NCBI GenBank assembly: GCA_965217185.1
Contig: OZ244252.1
Location: forward strand, 1,856,001 to 1,920,000
Direction: 5' to 3'
Source: an uncultured Candidatus Entotheonella sp.
GTDB taxonomy: Bacteria; Tectomicrobia; Entotheonellia; Entotheonellales; Entotheonellaceae
DNA: 64,000 nt
The notes beneath the pieces are model-generated. The model had not been told where the DNA came from. It made no database searches and saw only the letters and a program-made list of their open reading frames with translations. Each line of letters starts with the position of its first letter. Position 1 is the first letter of the stretch. The translations under genes and the position numbers were made by a program. Positions 9,876 to 18,693 of this stretch are shown one piece after another.

Positions 9876-12017
9876 ATGCCCAGCATTCAGCCCGAGCCTT
9901 CTTGCCAAGCTATCGACCTGCAGGACGCCCGCCTTTACCTCAACCGCGAAACTGCTTGGCTGCAGTTCAATTGGCGGGTTCTGGAAGAGGCCCTGAACGC
10001 CGACAACCCGCTGCTGGAGCGCGTCAAGTTTCTGTCCATTTTCACCACCAACCTGGACGAATTCTTCATGATCCGCGTCTCCGGCCTCAGCCGTCAGGTG
10101 ACCGGCGGCGTCCTGGAAGCGCCGCCCGACGGCATGACGCCCCTGGAACAATTGGCGGCCATCCGCAAGACGCTTCTCGGCCATCTGGAACAAGCCCTGG
10201 ATTGCTGGCACCGCGATCTGTCTCCCAGGCTGCGCGACAGCGGCGTACCCATTCTGGGAATGTCCGAACTGGGCCACCACCAGAAAGCTTGGCTGCGCCG
10301 TTACTTCGCACGCGAGATTTTCCCGGCCCTGACGCCGTTGGCTTTCGATCCGGCCCACCCCTTCCCGCACATCTCCAACCTCAGCTTCAACCTCGCCGTG
10401 GTGGTCAGCGACCCGCAGGGCGGCGAGCGCTTTGCGCGCGTCAAAATCTCCGACGTGTCGCCCAGCCTGCTGCGTCTGCCGAACGAAGCCGACCTCGAAA
10501 AGAACCCCGAAACCGACGGCATCGAGGTGCAGGCGAACAACTTCGTGCCCGTCGAGGAAGTGGTGGCAGCCAACCTCGACATGCTGTTTTCGGGTATCGA
10601 CGTCGTGGCGGCGTACCCGTTCCGCATCACCCGAGACGCCGACCTGGAAATAAAGGACGATGAAGCGTCCGACCTGCTGACCAGCGTCGAGGCACAGATC
10701 GAAATGCGCCACTGGGGCTCGGTCGTTCGCCTGGAAATTGACCGCAACATGCCGGAACGCATCCGCGACGTGCTGATGCGCAACCTGGAGTTGGAACCGT
10801 TCCAGGTGTACACCATCGACGGCCCGCTGAACCTGGCCGGGCTCATGGAACTGAACCGTGTCGAACGCCCGGACCTGAAGGACCAGCCGTACCCGCCGGT
10901 CATCGCCGCGCCGCTGGCCAAGCGCGAACGGCTGTTCGACACCATCCGGCGCCAGGACGTGCTGCTCTATCACCCGTACGACAGCTTCGTGCCCGTGGTG
11001 GACTTCATCCGCGAGGCCGCCAGCGACCCGGACGTACTGGCAATCAAACAGACGTTGTACCGCGTCGGACCCAATTCCCCCATCGTCGCGGCCTTGACGG
11101 AGGCGAGAGAAAATCAGAAGCAGGTAGCCGTGCTGCTCGAACTGAAGGCGCGCTTCGACGAGGAAAACAACATCGCCTGGGCACGGGCTTTAGAAGACGA
11201 GGGGGTGCACGTGGTATACGGCGTGCTGGGGCTCAAGACGCACGCCAAGATGTGCCTGGTGGTGCGCCGCGATCCGGACGGCATCCGCTGCTACGTGCAC
11301 ATGGGCACCGGCAACTACAACCCGGTGACCAGCCGCATCTACACCGACCTGAGCTACTTCACTTGCAACCCGGACATCAGCGCCGACGTGTCGGACCTGT
11401 TCAACGCCCTGACCGGGTATTCGGACAAGGGAACCTACCGGCGCCTGCTGGTGGCGCCGCGCACCATGCGGCAGCAGATCATCGCGCGCATCGAGCGCGA
11501 GATCGAACGCCACCAGGAGCACGGCGACGGCTACATCGCCTTCAAGATGAACGCCCTGGTGGACACGAATTGTATCCAAGCCCTGTACCGCGCGTCGCAG
11601 GCTGGCGTGAGCATCGACCTGCAGGTGCGCGGCATCTGCTGCCTGTCGCCGGGCGTGCCGGGGGTGAGCGAAACCATTACGGTGACCTCGATCGTTGGGC
11701 GCTTTCTCGAACACGTGCGCATTTATTACTTCCGCAACGGCGGCGACTCCGAGGTGTTTTTGGGCAGCGCCGACCTGATGCCGCGCAACCTGGACAGGCG
11801 CGTCGAGGTGCTGTTCCCGGTGATACCGTCACGGCTGCGAGACACCATCCTCCGCGACATCCTGGGGGTACATCTGCAGGACACCAAGCGAGCACGCCGA
11901 TTGTTAGCCGACGGCCGTTACGAGCCGCTTGGCGGAGCGCCGGGGGCGGAGCCGCTCAACTCCCAAGAATGGCTGATGCAGCATTGGCGGGGAAAAGGAG
12001 CGGCACGTGAAGGGTAA
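9876..12017 (+). CDS. ppk1: Polyphosphate kinase 1
   Basis: YLNRE, NLDEFFMIRV, HPYDSF, ELKARFDEENNI, KTHAK, GTGNYN, GRFLEH, SADLMPRNLDRRVE. Confidence 0.97.
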   Translation: MPSIQPEPSCQAIDLQDARLYLNRETAWLQFNWRVLEEALNADNPLLERVKFLSIFTTNLDEFFMIRVSGLSRQVTGGVLEAPPDGMTPLEQLAAIRKTLLGHLEQALDCWHRDLSPRLRDSGVPILGMSELGHHQKAWLRRYFAREIFPALTPLAFDPAHPFPHISNLSFNLAVVVSDPQGGERFARVKISDVSPSLLRLPNEADLEKNPETDGIEVQANNFVPVEEVVAANLDMLFSGIDVVAAYPFRITRDADLEIKDDEASDLLTSVEAQIEMRHWGSVVRLEIDRNMPERIRDVLMRNLELEPFQVYTIDGPLNLAGLMELNRVERPDLKDQPYPPVIAAPLAKRERLFDTIRRQDVLLYHPYDSFVPVVDFIREAASDPDVLAIKQTLYRVGPNSPIVAALTEARENQKQVAVLLELKARFDEENNIAWARALEDEGVHVVYGVLGLKTHAKMCLVVRRDPDGIRCYVHMGTGNYNPVTSRIYTDLSYFTCNPDISADVSDLFNALTGYSDKGTYRRLLVAPRTMRQQIIARIEREIERHQEHGDGYIAFKMNALVDTNCIQALYRASQAGVSIDLQVRGICCLSPGVPGVSETITVTSIVGRFLEHVRIYYFRNGGDSEVFLGSADLMPRNLDRRVEVLFPVIPSRLRDTILRDILGVHLQDTKRARRLLADGRYEPLGGAPGAEPLNSQEWLMQHWRGKGAAREG

Positions 12018-12024
12018 GGACCTC

Positions 12025-13422
12025 ATGGCCTGCACGATCAAGAACAAGCAGGACGCCGACTTCTGCTTTCATGGCGCCCGGACCTTGCTGAAGTACCTCA
12101 ACACCATGATGGGGACGATCGACGGCGTGCGGCAGAACGAGGACATCGAATGCCTGCACCGGATGCGGGTCGCCTCGCGCCGCCTGCGCAGCCTGCTGCC
12201 GCTGTTCAGCGACTGCCTGCCGCCAAAACAGCGCAGGCGCTGGCGCAAGCAACTGCGCCGCGTGACGCGGGCCTTGGGCAAGGTGCGGGATGCCGACGTG
12301 CAGATCGCTTGCTTGCAAGAGGCGCTGGACGCCTGCAGCGACGACCGGCAGCGGCCCGGGCTGGAACGCCTGCTGTTACGCTTCCAGCAGCAGCGGCAAG
12401 CCATGCAGGCGCCGCTCGTGAGCACCCTGGAACGCCTGGCATCGCGCCGCCACATCAGTCGGATGGAGATGGCCCTGCGTTACCTGCTCGCCACCAGCCA
12501 ACTGTACGCCAGCCCCGAATCGGCTCGTCACACCTACCACCGCAGCCGCGAGGCCATTCTCCAGCGCCTGCAGACGGTGCTGGCCACCGCCGCAGCCATT
12601 CGCGGCCCCCAGAGCGGTGCGGAATTGCACGCCACGCGCATCACCATCAAGCGGCTGCGCTACACCCTGCAGGCGCTCGCGCCGCTGTACCCGGACGCGC
12701 TGGACGACGCCATCCGCACGGCCCGCAAGCTCCAGGACGCGCTGGGGAACCTCCACGATTGCGACGTGTGGGTGGAGACCCTGCCGCAGTTTCTTGAGGA
12801 AGAAAAGACGCGCACCCTCGCGTATTTCGGCGACCCCCAGCCCTTCGAGTCCCTGGTGCCGGGCGTCACGGCCCTGCGCGACCAGCGCCAGCAAAACCGC
12901 GTCAAATACTTCAAGGAGTTCGAGGCGCTGTGGCATCGGACGCAAGACAAAGACGTGTGGGGCCGGCTGTGCCGCGCCCTGGACGACCCACCGCTGCCGG
13001 TGCATGACAATGGCTCTGAATCCGCCCCGGCTTTACACGAGCCAGCGTTGGCCAAGATGGAACGGGCAATGCCGGAGGAACTGGTGCACTTGGAAGACAC
13101 CCTGCGCGCTTCGCATCAGGCTTGGCAGTGGCACGTGGCGACGCTCATCACGCGCGTTCCTGCCGGTCGGCTGATCACCTACGGGTGCCTGGCCGAGTGG
13201 GCCAACGTGTCGTATGGCCTGCACGTCGGCGCCTCCAACGTCGCCTGGCTGCGCAGCCATCTCCAGAACCTGCTCGGCGGCAGCATTGCCGTGCCTCTGC
13301 ACCGCCTGGCCAAGACCGGTGATCCATACTCCCGCCAGGAAACCCCCGCGCGTAAAAAGCTCAACGATCAATTGCGCGCCTCGGAAGGCTCCCTCGCGCA
13401 CCCTCTGTGGTGGCAGCCTTGA
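12025..13422 (+). CDS. CHAD-domain polyphosphate-binding protein with C-terminal alkyltransferase-like domain
   Basis: CHAD repeats LHRMRVASRRLRS...LGKVRDADV and LHATRITIKRLRY...LQDALGNLHDCDV. C-terminus RVPAGRLITYGCLA...VPLHRL...QLRASEG resembles Ogt/ATL. Confidence 0.85.
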   Translation: MACTIKNKQDADFCFHGARTLLKYLNTMMGTIDGVRQNEDIECLHRMRVASRRLRSLLPLFSDCLPPKQRRRWRKQLRRVTRALGKVRDADVQIACLQEALDACSDDRQRPGLERLLLRFQQQRQAMQAPLVSTLERLASRRHISRMEMALRYLLATSQLYASPESARHTYHRSREAILQRLQTVLATAAAIRGPQSGAELHATRITIKRLRYTLQALAPLYPDALDDAIRTARKLQDALGNLHDCDVWVETLPQFLEEEKTRTLAYFGDPQPFESLVPGVTALRDQRQQNRVKYFKEFEALWHRTQDKDVWGRLCRALDDPPLPVHDNGSESAPALHEPALAKMERAMPEELVHLEDTLRASHQAWQWHVATLITRVPAGRLITYGCLAEWANVSYGLHVGASNVAWLRSHLQNLLGGSIAVPLHRLAKTGDPYSRQETPARKKLNDQLRASEGSLAHPLWWQP

Positions 13423-13531
13423 TGGCGCCACAGCCCCGCGAAGCGAGCGCAGACGGGGCGTAAACAATGCAAGTAGCACGAGCGTAGCGAGTGATTTCCG
13501 CCCGCTCCCCCATCACCTTTCGAGAGCCTTC

Positions 13532-15136
13532 ATGAACAATGCCCCGACGCCTGCGGAAGCGCGCCACGTCGCCTTCATGGACATCGGCACCAACTCGATT
13601 CGCCTGTTGCTCGTTCGCATCAATCCGAACCATTCCACCAACGTACTCATCCAGCTCAAACAGACGGTGCGCCTGGGTGAGGGCGAATTCGACGACCAAG
13701 TCCTGCAGCCCGAGGCCATCGACCGCGCCGTGGCCGTCAGCGAACAGTTCGCTTCGTTGATTCGCTCGTACGGCGCCGACGACGTCATTGCCGTGGCCAC
13801 TGCGGCGACGCGCGAGGCGAAGAACCAGCGGGAGTTTGTGCAGCGCCTGCAGGAAGCGGCACAGATCGACGTGCGCGTGGTGTCAGGGCAGGAAGAGGCG
13901 CGGCTGATCTATCTCGGGGTTTCCAGCGGCTTTCACCTTGAGGACAAACAGGCATTCTTCATCGACATCGGCGGCGGCAGCACCGAGGTCATCTTGGGTA
14001 CCCAGCACCATTACCACTACCTCAACTCCCTGAGGCTCGGGGCCATCCGACTGAGCGCGCAGTTCCCCGCCGGCGCGCATGGGGTGGTGTCGCCGGGCAA
14101 GTACAACCGTATCCTGCGCTATGTGCAGCGCCACGCCGTGCACACCTTGCGGGAAATACGAGCACACGACATCGATCTCGCACTCGGCAGTTCCGGCACC
14201 ATCGAAAACCTCGCCGACGTTGCCGTCCGCCGGTTCGCCAAGCGGCGGTTGCAGCGCGACGACGTGCTGACAGCGGTACAGCTTCGGGAGGTCGTGAAGA
14301 TGCTCGGCGCCATGCCGCTGAAGGAGCGCCGCCGGGTGCCGGGGCTGAATCCCGAACGCGCCGACATCGTCATGGCCGGCGCCGCCATTCTGGAAGCCTT
14401 CATGCAGGCGCTGGAGATCCGGGCCATCCGCATCAGCGACCGAGGGCTGCGCGAGGGGCTGCTCATGGATTACCTGCTGCGGCACGGGCATGCCCCGGCG
14501 CTGGAAGACCTGTCCGTCCGCCGGCGCAGCGTGCTCGACTTGGGCCGTACCTGCCATTTCGACGAGGCGCACGCCCGCACCACGGCGCAACTGGCCCTGG
14601 CGCTGTTCGACAGTGCCGGCGCCGCCAAGCTGCATCCGTTCGGGGGCTGGGAGCGGGAATTGCTGGAATACGGCGCCCTGCTGCACCGCATCGGCGCCTT
14701 CCTGACCTACAACAACTACCAGGCGCACACCTACTACCTCATCCGCAACGCCAACCTGCTCGGCTTTGATGAAACAGAAATCGCCATCATTGCCGCCACG
14801 GCGTTGTTCCACCGCAAGTCCATCCCACAACGCGAGCACCCGGAGTTCGCCGCCCTTGACCGGCAGGCGCAGAAGATCGTGCGCGTCCTCTCCCTGCTGC
14901 TTCGCTTCGCCGAAAGCCTCGACCGCGGCCACGCCGGCAACGTGCAGCACGCGCGTTTCCGGCTCAAAAGCGACTCGCACGTCGTCCTATACGTTTATGC
15001 GGCGCAGGACTGTCAGATCGAGTTATGGGCCGTGCAGAAACACGTCACGGCATTCGAGAAGGTACTCGGCTGCAAGCTGGACATTGAGGTGGTCATGCAG
15101 AGGGAAGCGGCGGGCAAGGTGCAGCAGGCGGATTGA
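13532..15136 (+). CDS. ppx: Exopolyphosphatase Ppx/GppA with HD-like C-terminal domain
   Basis: DIGTNSIRL, ATAATREA, GQEEARL, DIGGGSTE, GLREG motifs. Confidence 0.93.
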   Translation: MNNAPTPAEARHVAFMDIGTNSIRLLLVRINPNHSTNVLIQLKQTVRLGEGEFDDQVLQPEAIDRAVAVSEQFASLIRSYGADDVIAVATAATREAKNQREFVQRLQEAAQIDVRVVSGQEEARLIYLGVSSGFHLEDKQAFFIDIGGGSTEVILGTQHHYHYLNSLRLGAIRLSAQFPAGAHGVVSPGKYNRILRYVQRHAVHTLREIRAHDIDLALGSSGTIENLADVAVRRFAKRRLQRDDVLTAVQLREVVKMLGAMPLKERRRVPGLNPERADIVMAGAAILEAFMQALEIRAIRISDRGLREGLLMDYLLRHGHAPALEDLSVRRRSVLDLGRTCHFDEAHARTTAQLALALFDSAGAAKLHPFGGWERELLEYGALLHRIGAFLTYNNYQAHTYYLIRNANLLGFDETEIAIIAATALFHRKSIPQREHPEFAALDRQAQKIVRVLSLLLRFAESLDRGHAGNVQHARFRLKSDSHVVLYVYAAQDCQIELWAVQKHVTAFEKVLGCKLDIEVVMQREAAGKVQQAD

Positions 15137-15186
15137 AGGGCGGTTATCTCGCCTTCGGGTGTATGTTCGGATAACCCCATACTATG

Positions 15187-16232
15187 GAGCCGCTTGCAAA
15201 ACTCCAATTCGACGTCGAGAGCGAAGCTCATGGCCTTTGATAGTTGGCAGTTTTTGGCTCTGATACGCTGTTGGGGCGCATCATAGGCCGAGTCCATCAA
15301 GTCATAGAGGTTGGTGACCCGGGCGACCGTCATCGTCGCCAAGGGAATCGCTGCCTGGCTGTCATGCAGCGAGGCCGAAGTCAGGATGCAACTGAGCGGA
15401 ATGCCGCCATCGGCCGCGTCGATATGCAACTTGTAGCCGCTCCAGGATGCCTGATAGCCCTTGGCGCCTCGCTTGACGCCGACATCAGGGGCGCGTGGCA
15501 GATCGTCGAGCATCTCCGGCAGGGTCATCCGCAGTTGGCGCTCCAGGCGGCGCGACGCCTTGGGCCGTTGCTCGCCCTTGCGCGGACGACCGCGCCGCCG
15601 TTTCGGGGTGGCCGATGGCTTCGGCGTTGGTTTCTCGCGTCCTTCAATCGCCGTCGAATCGCGCGACACGTGACCGACCAAGTGATCCCGCAGGGTCTTG
15701 TCGATCAGCGCCTCGTGCAGGCGGCTCGGCAAGGCGCTGTCAGCGAAGGCAGTGAAGGCACGCGAGAACGTCGCCTCGCTGGGGACCTCCTCGGCCCGGC
15801 TCCAGCCACACAGGCGACAGCGGGGAGTCGATGGCCAGACGCTCAACGAGCGCCCGGGTGGTCGTGATGGCGAACACCGCCTTGGCGATGAAGGCGCGTG
15901 CCAGCGCCGCACGGTCCTCCTGCGGGCGCCCCGGCAGGCCACGCAAGCACGTCAGGAATTGTTCCACCTGCACGAAGCCGAGCACCGTGACGAACAACTC
16001 GTAGCGCTCTCCCAAAGGGCCGAGTTCTTCTTCGAGTGCAGGGAACAGCTCTCGTTGAAAGGCGAAGCCATAATTCGATAGGATGGTACGCAGGGACATG
16101 GTCGTTTTCTCCCTCATGTGGTGGTTACACACAGCACACAACACATGATATCGGGTAGAGACGGCCTGTCCCGTTAAGCCAACCCATTACCCTCAATAAT
16201 TCCCCATGACTCCACAGTTTTGCAAAAGGCTC
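15187..16232 (-). mobile_element. Defective IS (IS5/IS1182-like DDE element), 1046 bp
   Basis: 17-bp terminal inverted repeats GAGCCGCTTGCAAAACT / GAGCCTTTTGCAAAACT; TATG target duplication at 15183-15186 and 16233-16236. Confidence 0.85.
15270..16099 (-). pseudogene. DDE transposase pseudogene (frameshift near 15820, C-terminus missing)
   Basis: N-part MSLRTILSNYGFAFQRELFP...GRP; after a frameshift RLCGW...PSEATFSRAF...SRDSTAI...GYKLH...HDSQ...MDSAYDAP, then similarity is lost before the catalytic Glu region. Confidence 0.85.
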
Positions 16233-16288
16233 TATGTTAACTTTGCTGTTAGCGACACGCCTTTAATTCCGTTAGAGGAGCCAATTAT

Positions 16289-16849
16289 ATGCCTACGCCA
16301 GAGGAAATCATGGACGCGATTCGGAAGGGTCTGGACAAACTTCCTTCCGCCAGCGGGACCGCTAGAAGGAAGTACAGGACTGAGGCTGTCAAGGCCAGAT
16401 TGTGCGAGATTGGTCGAAGGTTTCAAGACACACGTTTCAAGGTATGCGCCGCTCTTCCCAAGGATGACCGCGACTATGGTGAATGGCTCTACGATGTCAT
16501 TTGGCGCAGCTACCACGAGGGACGCGACGACCACCCATTGTCTTACGTGCCCTTGGTCGCGGAGTGTGAATGGGGAAGTTATGAGCATGTCAAGGAGGAT
16601 TTCCAGAAGCTTCTTCTAGCGCGAGCGAGCGTTCGACTGATGATCTACAGAGATAAGACGCACCGCCGCCACAACGGCTGGCAAGATGCCGCGCAGACTG
16701 CCGAACAACTTGCTTATCACGTCAGTTTGTTCAACGGCCCTGTCGAGGAAGGTTGGCTGCTAGCGGCCTGGAGAAGGATTGATACCGACCCGGGGTTCCA
16801 GTTCTCGTACTTCACAATTGGGCTAAATGGCGGGGTCTGCCCTTTGTAG
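16289..16849 (+). CDS. Hypothetical protein, possible restriction-endonuclease-like fold (cassette 1)
   Basis: GAGGAG RBS; 186 aa; EWLYDVIW...LVAECEW...DFQKLL pattern resembles a PD-(D/E)XK variant. Stop lies 4 bp before dif-like site 2. Confidence 0.75.
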   Translation: MPTPEEIMDAIRKGLDKLPSASGTARRKYRTEAVKARLCEIGRRFQDTRFKVCAALPKDDRDYGEWLYDVIWRSYHEGRDDHPLSYVPLVAECEWGSYEHVKEDFQKLLLARASVRLMIYRDKTHRRHNGWQDAAQTAEQLAYHVSLFNGPVEEGWLLAAWRRIDTDPGFQFSYFTIGLNGGVCPL

Positions 16850-16853
16850 GCTA

Positions 16854-16881
16854 ACTTCCGATAAGGGACGCTATGTCAACT
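16854..16881 (+). other. dif-like site 2 (XerC arm - 6 bp - XerD arm)
   Basis: ACTTCCGATAA-GGGACG-CTATGTCAACT; compare B. subtilis dif ACTTCCTAGAA-TATATA-TTATGTAAACT. Confidence 0.8.
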
Positions 16882-16967
16882 TTCGCCGTCAACAAAAAGG
16901 CCGCCCCAGTAACCTCCGCAGCTTGAGAAAGAATAGAGCGCCCATCAAAACAGCAACGGGAGATGTC

Positions 16968-18050
16968 ATGTGCAAACGTCTTGGGATACTGGTTCTGTTG
17001 GCAATGGCAGTCGCCACGTTGGGATGCGGTGAGGACGATGGCCCGCATTTTGTGGAACCTCCCGCTGGAAAAGTTCCCACTGCCGATTACGGGGTTGGCG
17101 ACTCAGAATTGGATGGTCTGCTTGGCGACGATGTTCGGACGTTTGCACACACCTCCAAGGGTGGGTTCACACTTCCGACTACCCCCATATCACAAGCCTG
17201 CTCGATACTTGATGGCGGCGTGATAACGTCCGCCTTTTCCAGTTACTGGAACGCATGTTTGGAGGCGCCCTTGTGGACCATAGAAGCAACTGTTGAAAGC
17301 ATTCTGCGTAATCTCAGTGTGTTCTGGAACAGTAGTTTTGTTCCCTGCGATTGTAGCGATATAGACCCTCGATGCCGGATGAATGCCTTTGCCAGTTCAG
17401 AAGCACCCGGGTTTATCTGGTACGACGACGCACTGGTCAACTTAATGAGCGAAGGGGAGAGCCTAGGGCCTGTTGACATTCATAGAAAAGATACGGTCGT
17501 ATGAGTCGCCAGTTTGGCACAGGAGTGAATGGGGACGCCAGAAACCAGCACTATGCTTGTCTTGGTATCGGCCTCTTGCTTGAGGGATTGGAACTTCGAG
17601 ACGCTGATTTCGGATCTGTTCAGGTGCGATGTTCAGATTAGTAAATCATATAATATCAATACGTTGTCGTGATTCATGGAGTCAGTCCGTGCTTGGCAAT
17701 CGCGTGAATGTCAACAGGCCCTAGTACCCGTTGCCTATCTCATGGCACATGAAGCGGCACACCATATCCAGTTCCAACACGGCTACAATTTCGCTTTCCC
17801 AATAGAGGCCGAGCTGAGCGCCGATTGCATGGCGGGGTACTTTCTGGGGTATCTGGCTTGCACTGGGCAAGTGGACGGCGTTGACGTTGAGGCATCTCTG
17901 AGTGCGGTATGTTCGATAGGCGATTTGCCTAACACGCCTTGGTGGTCTGAGAGCGCACATGGAACCTGCGAGGCGCGGACCATCATGACCTTGGCCGGCA
18001 TTTCAGGCTATGCGCTCAGGGTGCCGCCGCGTGATTGGTGTTCCGAGTGA
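16968..18050 (+). pseudogene. Lipoprotein neutral zinc metallopeptidase interrupted by a MITE (cassette 2)
   Basis: Lipobox (ATLGC). Removing 17467-17724 joins ...MSEGESL-VPVAYLMAHEAAHHIQ...ELSADCMAG...SAHGT in frame (274 aa). Confidence 0.85.
17467..17720. mobile_element. 254-bp MITE (non-autonomous)
   Basis: Perfect 16-bp TIR GGCCTGTTGACATTCA / TGAATGTCAACAGGCC; CTAG duplication at 17463-17466 and 17721-17724; no transposase. Confidence 0.92.
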
Positions 18051-18165
18051 GCGCGACGGGCTGTAAATGGCACGTATCCCCAGAATTCTAGGAGTGGGGT
18101 GGGGTGTTTCGATACACAGGAAGTCGAAGGAACCGTGTTTTCGTCAGGCGTTCTGACGCATCCGA

Positions 18166-18193
18166 ACTTCCGATAAAGCGTTTTATGTTGCCT
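18166..18193 (+). other. dif-like site 3
   Basis: ACTTCCGATAA-AGCGTT-TTATGTTGCCT; the outer part of the XerD arm is degenerate. Confidence 0.7.
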
Positions 18194-18295
18194 TCGGTCC
18201 GGAGAGCGCCACCAAGATTTGATTTCCAGATTGCAAAGGATTACGATCCATTTAGCACAACAGCAGAATCCTCCGGAACTAACGTCGTAGCATGG

Positions 18296-18336
18296 AGAGC
18301 CGCGCGGGGCAGTTGCCCGCGCGGCTCTTCCACTTT
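18296..18336 (+). terminator. Perfect 13-bp GC hairpin within the non-coding module
   Basis: AGAGCCGCGCGGG-GCAGTTG-CCCGCGCGGCTCT followed by TCCACTTT. Confidence 0.55.
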
Positions 18337-18383
18337 GTGCCAACCGCGTCGCCCAGAAACAGTGACCTGCGCGCGGTGACTCA

Positions 18384-18411
18384 ACTTCCGATAAACGATC
18401 ATATGTAAACT
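18384..18411 (+). other. dif-like site 4
   Basis: ACTTCCGATAA-ACGATC-ATATGTAAACT; XerD arm is 10/11 identical to the Firmicute dif arm TTATGTAAACT. Confidence 0.8.
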
Positions 18412-18693
18412 TTCACGACCTCATTGGAAATTCTGAAATCCCCGAAAACACTGGCTTTCCGTGCTTCGGTGAATGTGTGGCCGTCGACGTCCCACCGAAA
18501 GGGGTATTTTTGGGCGAAAAACGCGAAAACGGTGGGGTGGGCACGGTTGAAATGGCTGCTTTCCGACTTCGCAGTGGGACAAAATAGAGCCTTCGCGGGT
18601 GCCGCGGCACGCAGCCAGTTCGGACCACCGGTCCTCGGCAGACGTTTGCGCACAACGGTAAAGGCCAAAGTCGCTCGAAAAGTGGGCACCCCA

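Larger units (their letters stand above)
15164..16242 (+). other. dif-like site 1, interrupted by an IS
   Basis: Removing the IS and one TATG copy gives TGTTCGGATAA-CCCCATA-CTATGTTAACT (11-7-11), matching sites 2-4. Confidence 0.65.

Noticed and set aside
15013..15270. Extension of the transposase ORF antisense into ppx
   Set aside because: Read-through past the deletion junction and TIR; not transposase-like.
15164..18411. Integron attC or CRISPR interpretation of the repeats
   Set aside because: No RYYYAAC...GTTRRRY long hairpins and no intI; spacing is irregular (190-1300 bp), the repeat centres vary and there are no cas genes. The 11-6-11 dif layout fits better.
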